This document shows positions 19,657 through 27,254 of a stretch of 64,000 nucleotides of DNA, piece after piece. Source of the DNA: Nitrospirota bacterium. GTDB taxonomy: Bacteria > Nitrospirota > UBA9217. The stretch is taken from positions 896,001 through 960,000 of the forward strand of contig CAVTRN010000001.1 of assembly GCA_963737155.1 (NCBI GenBank), read 5' to 3'. A program made the translations under genes and the position numbers. Position 1 is the first letter of the stretch. Each line of letters starts with the position of its first letter. The notes below the pieces were generated by a model. That model was not told where the DNA came from and ran no database searches. It saw only the letters and a program-made list of their open reading frames with translations.

Positions 19657-20863
19657 GCGTTCGTTCACAGAAGAGCTTCTCCCCCAACAGATCCTCGAAA
19701 TCGGTGCCTGTACTCGGTGCGGCGAGTGCCTCAAGCACTGCCCTGTTCAGGACGTGACGAGCAATCCCTCGATCTCCCCGCCTGAGAAAATCCGCATGTT
19801 TCGTGAATTTATCCGCTCTACCGATGGACTCAAGTCAACGCTCTTCGGGTCCGGGAACGTGGATCGGAAGCTGCTGGATGACTTTACCCGGGCGGTATAT
19901 GAATGTACTACGTGCGGTGCTTGCGGCCAGAATTGCCCGGTCGGCATCTTTACGCAACGTCTCTGGCCCATGCTTAGGAAAGAGATGGTCAAGCGGGGGC
20001 TTGGACCAATTGGCGCCCAGGCGAACATACCGAAGGCGATCATGAGCAGCGGCAATCCCTATGAGAAGCCATCGTCTGAACGATACCATCCGTGGTTCCC
20101 GAGATATGTGAAAATAGCGGACCGGTCGGAAATAGCCTATTATGCCGGTTGCACTGGTGCGTATGAAGCGCAGCCCATGGTTCGTGGTGATATCCTTGTG
20201 CTTGATGCGGTCGGAGCGCCCTTTACCATGCTTCCCCCGGAGGAAGAGGTCTGCTGCGGATTTCCCCTCTTCATTACCGGACAGCACGACCAGCTCACGG
20301 ACCTCATTATCCGCTTGGTGAAGGGATATGAGGCGCGGGGAGTGAAGATCTTGGTCTGCTCCTGCCCCTGCTGCGTGAATATCATGACCAGGGACTGGCC
20401 CCTGTTCTATGGCAAGTCGCTGCCCTTTAAGATACGGCACATTACGCAATATGTCTCTGATGCGATCAAGGATGGCAGACTGCGTGTGAAAAAGGAGCTG
20501 CGCGAAGCAGTGATCTACCATGACCCGTGCTACCTCTCGCGCGGTGTAGGAGTAATCGAGGAGCCGCGAAACGTGCTGAGGAGCATCCCGGGGCTTACTC
20601 TGCTGGAGTTCGAACACCACGGCGTCAACTCCCGTTGCTGCGGCTCGGGAGGGGCGGCAAGAAAGGTCTACAATGATAACGCGATCGCCATGGGCAGGCT
20701 AACGATCGACGAAGCGGTGGCAAAGAAGGCTGACCGGCTGATCCTAAGCTGCCCGGCCTGCTATGCCAAGGTAAACGAAGCCATGCAGGGACACAAGAAC
20801 CAGATCCGGATCACGGATATCATGGAACTGGTGAGCATCATGATTGAAGGTGACAGATCATGA
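19646..20863 (+). CDS. hdrD: HdrD-type heterodisulfide reductase catalytic subunit (2x[4Fe-4S] + 2 CCG domains)
   Basis: CTRCGECLKHCP and CTTCGACGQNCP; GCT..CCG..CPCC and HDPC..CCG..CPAC; 405 aa. Segments such as 'MVKRGLGPIGAQ' and 'DWPLFYGKSLPF' track Methanosarcina HdrD as I recall it. Confidence 0.8.
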   Translation: MKNKRSFTEELLPQQILEIGACTRCGECLKHCPVQDVTSNPSISPPEKIRMFREFIRSTDGLKSTLFGSGNVDRKLLDDFTRAVYECTTCGACGQNCPVGIFTQRLWPMLRKEMVKRGLGPIGAQANIPKAIMSSGNPYEKPSSERYHPWFPRYVKIADRSEIAYYAGCTGAYEAQPMVRGDILVLDAVGAPFTMLPPEEEVCCGFPLFITGQHDQLTDLIIRLVKGYEARGVKILVCSCPCCVNIMTRDWPLFYGKSLPFKIRHITQYVSDAIKDGRLRVKKELREAVIYHDPCYLSRGVGVIEEPRNVLRSIPGLTLLEFEHHGVNSRCCGSGGAARKVYNDNAIAMGRLTIDEAVAKKADRLILSCPACYAKVNEAMQGHKNQIRITDIMELVSIMIEGDRS

Positions 20864-22119
20864 GTCATTTTTCTATTCGTTGTAGGAAGTGCGACAAAAC
20901 CCTTGAGAACACGTACTGTGTCTTTTGCGAACATTGCGCTGACGCGCTCTTGGTGACGGATTATCACCAGGCTCATTTCTCAGAACGCGCGGCCGGCGGC
21001 GCATGGCGATTCAACTGGCTGCCGGTGCACGAACCGCAGGCGGCTCAGCCCGGTCCCGTGGTGTACCGGTCCCAGGGTCTTGCCTGGAGTCTTGGTCTGG
21101 ATAATCTGTTTATTGCCTTTAACGGCTACTGGCCCGAACGCGGAGCGTTGCTCGAGACTTGTACATTCAAGGAATTCGAGGCGGCCGTCGTGCTCCAGAA
21201 TGCCCGTGAGAACGGTGTAGAAGGCCTGGTTGTCGCTTCTGCTGGAAACACGGCCCGGGCCTTCGCCCATCTTTCTGCGGTCACGGGTTTTCCGGTTATC
21301 ATTCTCGTGCCGCGAATGTGTCTCATGGAAATGTGGTACCTTGAAAGCAAAGCCACGATAGCTACGCTCGCGTTAGGTGACGGTGATTACGCCGATTCCA
21401 TCGATGTTGCCAAGCGGGTCGCCGCAACAATCGGGTTCCCCTTCGAGGGCGGCGTTAAGAACATAGCCAAGCGCGACGGTCTCGGCATCGTGATGCTCGA
21501 GGCGGTCTCGACGATTGGGAGACTACCTGACCACTATGTCCAGGCCGTGGGAAGCGGCACAGGTGCAATCGGCACCTGGGAAATGGCGGAACGTTTTGTC
21601 AAAGATGGACGTTACGGCTCCCGACTGCCTCTCATGCACCTCGGCCAGAATCTGCCATTTGCACCGATGCTTCATGCCTGGGAGCAGGGCAGCAGGACAC
21701 TGTTTCCCGACGACTTGAAGCCGGAGTTGATCTCTCGGATCACGACGCGGGTCCTTTCGACCCGCTATCCCGCATACTCGGTCATCGGCGGTGTTTACGA
21801 CATGCTCTCCGCAACCCGCGGAATCATGTATGGCATTGAAAATGACGAAGTCTATGCCGGCATGGAAATGTTCCAGAAGGCCGAAGGCATCGACATCGTT
21901 CCCGCCTCGGGCGTTGCGGTCGCCGTGCTCCGGGAGGCCCTGCATAGGAGGGCCATTAAAAGCAGCGATACTGTTCTCCTGAACATTACGGGCGGCGGAG
22001 AAGCGAGACTGCTGCAGGACAGAAAGACCCATGCTGTTGTGCCGAAGTACATATCCAGGAACATCACCGAGAGAGAGGTAGAGGATCTGCTGTGCCACAA
22101 CCTGAAGAAAAACTCATAG
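20860..22119 (+). CDS. Cysteate synthase (PLP-dependent, threonine-synthase fold; Methanosarcina MA3297 type)
   Basis: 'LFIAFNGYWPERGA..TCTFKEFEA' (PLP Lys), 'ASAGNTARAF', 'EGGVKNIAKRDG', 'PDHYVQAVGSGTG', 'QNLPFAPM'; directly upstream of comDE. Confidence 0.9.
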   Translation: MSHFSIRCRKCDKTLENTYCVFCEHCADALLVTDYHQAHFSERAAGGAWRFNWLPVHEPQAAQPGPVVYRSQGLAWSLGLDNLFIAFNGYWPERGALLETCTFKEFEAAVVLQNARENGVEGLVVASAGNTARAFAHLSAVTGFPVIILVPRMCLMEMWYLESKATIATLALGDGDYADSIDVAKRVAATIGFPFEGGVKNIAKRDGLGIVMLEAVSTIGRLPDHYVQAVGSGTGAIGTWEMAERFVKDGRYGSRLPLMHLGQNLPFAPMLHAWEQGSRTLFPDDLKPELISRITTRVLSTRYPAYSVIGGVYDMLSATRGIMYGIENDEVYAGMEMFQKAEGIDIVPASGVAVAVLREALHRRAIKSSDTVLLNITGGGEARLLQDRKTHAVVPKYISRNITEREVEDLLCHNLKKNS

Positions 22120-23234
22120 ACTTGCTCAGGAAGAACGGAATTGATTTTACCGCATCGCTTCCCTGCGAGAAGATTAAAACCCTTCTTGACCTGGTGGATC
22201 GGTCCTTCCCGCATGTCCCCCTCACGCGCGAGGAAGAAGGCGTCGGCATATGCGCCGGCGCTGCGCTCGCTGGCAAAAAACCGGCCATCTTCATCCAGAG
22301 TTCCGGCATCGGGAACATGATCAATGCCCTGCTGTCGCTCACGGCATTCTATGAACTGCCTCTTGCGCTATTTATCAGCAGACGGGGCATCTACCAGGAG
22401 AAAATCGAGGCTCAGTTCCCCATGGGCCAGCGGCTTCCGTCAATCCTGGATGGCGCAGGGATCGGCTATTCGGAAATCAACACTGTTGATGACCTCGCCG
22501 TTGTTGACGTTGAGTTGCCGGAGGTCTACCGAAAGAACGTGATTCATGCTTTCCTGCTAAATCCGGCAGTGTGGGAAAACTCGGATTGCCGATCACAGAC
22601 TGCGAATTGCGGATTTAAGCAAAAAAAAACCGGTGTTCAGAATGCATCACCAATCGTGCCGCATGCATTGCGGCCAATACTCACACGGTATGAGATTTTG
22701 AAAACCATTGCTCCCTATCTTGACGGCAAGGCAGTTGTGTGCAATCTCGGATGGCCCTCCAAGGAACTGTATGCAATCAAGGACCAGCCATCGAATTTCT
22801 ACATGCTCGGTAGCATGGGCATGGCCACGCCTATCGGCTTGGGCATCTCCCTCACGTCATCCAAAGAGGTGGTCGTGCTCGATGGCGATGGAAGCCTGCT
22901 CATGAATCCCGGAACACTGGCGACCGCTGCCGCTGCCGCACCCCGGAACCTGATGATCATCGCCATCGACAACGGAGCTTATGGCTCGACAGGAAACCAG
23001 CCGACACTGACGGCATCCTGCACGGACCTGGAGCAGGTGGCGAGGGGATTCGGATTCAGGGAGACGGTGAAAGCAGCGTCAGAAAAGGAATTTGTAGAGG
23101 TTATGAAACAGCATCTGCAGGGTGTTGCCTTTATCCATGCCCTGGCAATACCGGGAAACAAGGATGTGCCGAACATTCGACTCCATCATCTTGAGATCAA
23201 AAAGCAGGTGCAGGATTTTTTGAACAAACCATAA
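22092..23234 (+). CDS. comDE: Fused sulfopyruvate decarboxylase ComD-ComE (TPP-dependent)
   Basis: Alpha part 'SLPC..LTREEEGVGICAGA..QSSGIGNMINAL..EKIEAQFPMG'; beta part 'NLGWPSKEL..NFYMLGSMG..GDGSLLMN..DNGAYGSTGNQPT'; GTG start, 28-nt overlap with cysteate synthase. Confidence 0.9.
   Translation: MPQPEEKLIDLLRKNGIDFTASLPCEKIKTLLDLVDRSFPHVPLTREEEGVGICAGAALAGKKPAIFIQSSGIGNMINALLSLTAFYELPLALFISRRGIYQEKIEAQFPMGQRLPSILDGAGIGYSEINTVDDLAVVDVELPEVYRKNVIHAFLLNPAVWENSDCRSQTANCGFKQKKTGVQNASPIVPHALRPILTRYEILKTIAPYLDGKAVVCNLGWPSKELYAIKDQPSNFYMLGSMGMATPIGLGISLTSSKEVVVLDGDGSLLMNPGTLATAAAAAPRNLMIIAIDNGAYGSTGNQPTLTASCTDLEQVARGFGFRETVKAASEKEFVEVMKQHLQGVAFIHALAIPGNKDVPNIRLHHLEIKKQVQDFLNKP
22582..22616 (+). 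repeat. Five degenerate 7-mer repeats (CGGATTG consensus) in the ComD-ComE linker
   Basis: CGGATTG CCGATCA CAGACTG CGAATTG CGGATTT, followed by an A9 tract at 22621-22629. Confidence 0.5.
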
Positions 23235-23247
23235 CGATGGCAGAGAC

Positions 23248-23847
23248 TCATAACCGCCCCGAAGTTCCGTATTCCCGGACATAAACCTTGATAGCCCTGA
23301 GGATTATCCAGTCAAGGGTGACGTTGTTCTCCTTCGCGATGCTGATCAAGGCATCGATCGTATCTTTGTCAATGACGGGTATGTCTTGCGGTTTAGCCGT
23401 CTCCGCAGCCGCTGTTTCCAATTCCGCTGCTTCTAATAATTCCTCTCCTGCTTCGGGATTCCGTTTCAGATGTTCCCGCCGCAGCATGTCCGTCAATTCC
23501 TGCACGTTGCCGCCCTGAATGGCGCTTCGAACATCCCCGGGAACATCCCCTGCCGTGATCGCTTGCTCAGGTATCGCGCCTTCCAGCGGCTGCCGCAAAT
23601 TTAACTCCGGCGGTGCTCCCTGAGACATGCCGGTCATTCCAAGCATCATGGTCACCAAGTTCCTGGCATATTCATTATCAGGCATTTCCTGCTTGAGCAA
23701 CTCATCAAGTTTGCCTTCCACCATGGCCGCTGCCATGCGGTCTGCTGTCAGGGATTCACGGTTCTCGCTCTTCTCGGACGACTTTTTCCAGCCGAATGCG
23801 GTGGTCGGCGGCGTAGGTAGAGGTTTGTTCTTATCTGTTTTTTTCAT
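23248..23847 (-). CDS. Hypothetical protein, possible C-terminal ribbon-helix-helix-like segment
   Basis: 199-aa ORF with SD GAGGGG; C-terminus 'IDKDTIDALISIAKENNVTLDWIILRAIKVYV'. Confidence 0.65.
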   Translation of the reverse strand: MKKTDKNKPLPTPPTTAFGWKKSSEKSENRESLTADRMAAAMVEGKLDELLKQEMPDNEYARNLVTMMLGMTGMSQGAPPELNLRQPLEGAIPEQAITAGDVPGDVRSAIQGGNVQELTDMLRREHLKRNPEAGEELLEAAELETAAAETAKPQDIPVIDKDTIDALISIAKENNVTLDWIILRAIKVYVREYGTSGRL

Positions 23848-23954
23848 AGCCCCTCACATAAACTGATTATAATTACGTGATACTAAGGATTAAGCCTGAG
23901 ATCAATACAATAGACCGCACTGTCCGTGGGCGACCAGGTTGTGAGCTCAATGCG

Positions 23955-24899
23955 TTACCCCGTTATTGCGATCCCATCGTGATAATGCTCTTTTTCGGGA
24001 TGAATGTGGTCGATAATCTCCCGTGAGAAGATCCGATCCGGCCCCACAGCGGAGCCGATATATCCTCTTTTTTCTAAAACCGGCACGAACTTCATGGTCG
24101 AAGCGATATATTCCCCCGTCAATTGGGCGCAGTATTTTGGCGAAACCGCAAGCGTATCTCGTACAAATTCCTGATCGATGATGCCGACGAAGTCCGCGAT
24201 CGCGAGCGCGGCATCTGACGGATGCTGTCTTATAAACGCGGTGGCCTCCTCATGAAGGAGAAGGAACCGTTCCACGGTCTTCTTTTCTGCCTGCAGGAAT
24301 CTCCGGTCAGCCACGATACCGTAGCTCGGGTTGGCAGGCCAAAGCAACGACGGGGGGTACAATATCTTACCACCGGCAAAGCGCTTGATGGCGACGGCGA
24401 GCGCGGGAGTACCGAATGCTGCCGAGACCTCATCATGAACAACGGCTTCGGTTACCAGATCAGCCCATGGATAATTGACGATCGTGACCTCCGAACCCAG
24501 ATCATATCGCTCAATACAGTCCTTCAGGATGACGTCATGGATCGATCCTTTTCCGGGCACGCCGATTCTTCGTCCCCGGAACTGCTGCAGGACCGCGCGC
24601 AAATCCGCCCCCTCGGCATGACCCAGCCATTGAGACTTACCGGCCATGACCGTTCCTTCCATGTGGCCGCCTGCCAAGCAGATTACGTCGATACCCTGTG
24701 CAATACCGATAATCGCCGGAGGAAGCCCGATATAGGCAAGATCAAGCTCGCGGTTCTGAAAAGCCTGCATGATGGCAGGACCGGTACCCAGCAGCTTCCA
24801 CTCCACCTCTGCCTCAAGGCGGGCATTGGTGTTTCCCTTTGCCATCAACAGAATCGCTGTATGATAAAAGGTCGACAGATGACCTATCCTGATCTTCAC
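23955..24899 (-). CDS. SsuA/NMT1/THI5-fold substrate-binding-like protein lacking a signal peptide
   Basis: GTG start with SD AGGAG; 'KIRIGHLSTFYH', 'GPAIMQAF..ELDLAYIGLPP', 'RIGVPGKGSIHDVIL'; no adjacent permease or ATPase gene. Confidence 0.8.
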   Translation of the reverse strand: MKIRIGHLSTFYHTAILLMAKGNTNARLEAEVEWKLLGTGPAIMQAFQNRELDLAYIGLPPAIIGIAQGIDVICLAGGHMEGTVMAGKSQWLGHAEGADLRAVLQQFRGRRIGVPGKGSIHDVILKDCIERYDLGSEVTIVNYPWADLVTEAVVHDEVSAAFGTPALAVAIKRFAGGKILYPPSLLWPANPSYGIVADRRFLQAEKKTVERFLLLHEEATAFIRQHPSDAALAIADFVGIIDQEFVRDTLAVSPKYCAQLTGEYIASTMKFVPVLEKRGYIGSAVGPDRIFSREIIDHIHPEKEHYHDGIAITG

Positions 24900-25096
24900 T
24901 GATGGTGATGCTCCTGCGAGCGAGTCTGAGTCCTGTAACAATATTAATCTTGATCTGCTTCGAAGTCAACAAACTTGCAAAGCCCTCAAATTGCTTTTTT
25001 TGCCGTTTACGGTGCATGTCGGAAACCCGAAGTCTGGCAGCGAACAAACTCCTTTCTAGTTGCCCGTCCTGTTATGCTGTGTTACTATATAATAAC

Positions 25097-27127
25097 ATGA
25101 AAATCGTACTTGACAAGGACAGTTCGGAGGTGCTCAGAACGCTCGACGTGCTGGGCATGCCCGCGTTTATTGTGGATCGACAATGGACTATCCTATCGTG
25201 CAATGACGGAGTGTCTTCTTTTTTTGAATACGACCGGTCAGATATTATCGGCCGCAATATTGAAAAATACATATCTCTCGATACTATCCTCCGGGAGCGC
25301 GAAATAATGGGCACTTCTCCGACTGCCGATGCTGCCCTGGACGGTGAAGCTTCGCCGTCCCTCCGCTCGTTCTGCTTCCGCAGGCGCAGGAGTCCCGTAA
25401 CGTCTCGGATTGCCGTCATTCCAAACAGAAAACACCGGCCCGAAAGGATGATTGTCGTAGTACGTGATACACCGAACCGCGAAAACCCATCCTCGGACAT
25501 TATTTCCGCCATCCAGAGCAACAGCGTTGCTCAGGGAGAACTAATAAGTGAGCTGAGCAGTATTATCAACTCCAGTCTAAGCATTGGGACGATCTTCCGT
25601 ATGGTCGTGTCCGAACTGCGAAAGATCATCGATTACAGCAGGGCAAGTCTCCTGCTGTACAACGAAAAGGACAACAACCTCACGATTTTCGCATTGGACA
25701 CGGAAATGAAGACGGTGATGAAAAAAGGAGTGAAGGCCCCCATTGAAGGCACAAGCGCGGGCTGGGTTGTGCAGAATAACAAACCATGGATCAGCCATGA
25801 TCTCAAGGACACCCTGTTCGCCCTGGACAGGAAGCTCATGGCCGAAGGCATTCGCTCGACGATTAGCATTCCTCTGTTCCACGACCGCATGCTCGGCGTG
25901 TTCAATTTCGACAGCACTGAGCCGTTGCAATATGCCGAAACGGATCTTGATATTCTGCTGCCTGTTGCAAAGCAGATCGCCATTGCCCTCGAGAACGCAC
26001 TCCTCTTTGAGGAGATCTCGAAGGAAAAAAAGGAATGGGAGAGGACCTTTGACGCGATCACTGACATGGTCTGGATCGAGGATGGAAGGCAGCGCGTGAT
26101 CCGCGCTAATCATGCCCTCCTCGCAAGGACTGGCTTCGCAAAGGTAGAGGTAGCTGACAAGCTATGCACCGAGGTCCTCGACAAGGTCGGTATCGCCGCT
26201 ACCAGCGGCTGTCTCTGCTCCGAGATGCTATCCTGCCGGATACCGGCGTTCCGGGAGCTGAAGAGTGGAACAGGCGGCATCTTCCATTTCTGGGTTTACC
26301 CGCTCATCGATGAAGAGGGGCGGCTCTACGCAATCGTCCACTATCTGAAGGATGTAACATCCCAGAAGCGCATTGAGCAGCAGCTGATCCGTACAGACAA
26401 GCTTGCCTCTCTCGGTACGTTGGTGGCCGGCGTGGCACATGAGATCAACAATCCTCTGGGGATCATCGCGGGTTATTCCGAGGCTCTCCTCGACCGCGCG
26501 GGGAACAAGGCCCTGACCGGGGTCTGGGAATTCGAGGATTTCCCCGAATATCTCAAGACCATCCACAGCGAGATTTTCCGCTGCAAGGGGATTCTGAAAA
26601 GCCTGCTCGAGTTTGCCCGTCCATCCGGAGGAACGTTCCGGGAGATCGATATTAACGAGCTGATCAAGGAAGTACTGCTCCTGCTCCAGCACCGCGCTTC
26701 GCGCCTGAAACACTCTCTCGTGCTGAACCTGAATCGGGATGTTCCTAAGATTTACGCGGATGCTGGAAGCCTCCGGCAGCTGTTGATGAACCTTCTGCTC
26801 AATGCTGTCTACTTCACGCCTGAGGGTGGGAGCATCTTCATCAGTACCGAACAGGACGACAGCGTGCAGGAGGCGAGGTTCGAGGGATGCCTAAGCCGGG
26901 TGTGCCTCTCTGTTGCCGATACCGGGGCAGGCATCCCGGCGGATCTTCTGGACAAGGTCTTCGACCCTTTCTTTACCACTAAACCGGTGGGCGAAGGTAC
27001 CGGTCTTGGTCTCACCATCTGCCACCGGATCGTGGAAGAGCATGGCGGCGTTATTGACGTGGAAAGCGAACTCGGCAAAGGCGCGCGATTTATCATAACG
27101 CTGCCGTCGATCTCATGCAGGGAGTGA
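25097..27127 (+). CDS. Cytoplasmic PAS-GAF-PAS sensor histidine kinase (NtrB-like)
   Basis: H-box 'LVAGVAHEINNPL', N-box 'NLLLNA', 'DTGAGI', 'FDPFFTTK', 'GTGLGL'; no TM segment. Start moved to ATG 25097. Confidence 0.92.
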   Translation: MKIVLDKDSSEVLRTLDVLGMPAFIVDRQWTILSCNDGVSSFFEYDRSDIIGRNIEKYISLDTILREREIMGTSPTADAALDGEASPSLRSFCFRRRRSPVTSRIAVIPNRKHRPERMIVVVRDTPNRENPSSDIISAIQSNSVAQGELISELSSIINSSLSIGTIFRMVVSELRKIIDYSRASLLLYNEKDNNLTIFALDTEMKTVMKKGVKAPIEGTSAGWVVQNNKPWISHDLKDTLFALDRKLMAEGIRSTISIPLFHDRMLGVFNFDSTEPLQYAETDLDILLPVAKQIAIALENALLFEEISKEKKEWERTFDAITDMVWIEDGRQRVIRANHALLARTGFAKVEVADKLCTEVLDKVGIAATSGCLCSEMLSCRIPAFRELKSGTGGIFHFWVYPLIDEEGRLYAIVHYLKDVTSQKRIEQQLIRTDKLASLGTLVAGVAHEINNPLGIIAGYSEALLDRAGNKALTGVWEFEDFPEYLKTIHSEIFRCKGILKSLLEFARPSGGTFREIDINELIKEVLLLLQHRASRLKHSLVLNLNRDVPKIYADAGSLRQLLMNLLLNAVYFTPEGGSIFISTEQDDSVQEARFEGCLSRVCLSVADTGAGIPADLLDKVFDPFFTTKPVGEGTGLGLTICHRIVEEHGGVIDVESELGKGARFIITLPSISCRE

Positions 27128-27254
27128 CACCGTGAAACCTTGGGTCAAAGGAGACTTTGAAGTCTCGGGTTTCCCTTGGAGGGAAAGAGGAACTTAGATG
27201 CAGGAATTACGGAGCACGATGAAGCCGCCCGTGTTAAGGGAAAACAAATTGCTT

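Noticed and set aside
12978-20863. Methanogenesis or archaeal origin of the window
   Set aside because: No mcr or mtrA-G genes; the flanking genes (RND pump, sigma54 system, DD-peptidase, lipoproteins, ettA) are bacterial.
10787-23234. Selenocysteine or pyrrolysine read-through in the methyltransferase/Hdr genes
   Set aside because: The ORFs are full length for their families; the TGA/TAG stops fall at expected C-termini, often overlapping the next start.
20860-23234. Threonine synthase plus phosphonopyruvate decarboxylase (phosphonate pathway)
   Set aside because: No PEP mutase is nearby; the GYWPERGA/TCTFKE and QNLPF motifs and the gene pairing fit cysteate synthase/ComDE.
24902-25096. 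N-terminal 65 aa of the 741-aa kinase ORF
   Set aside because: It overlaps the divergent gene's start region and promoter; ATG 25097 after a -35/-10 pair is more plausible.
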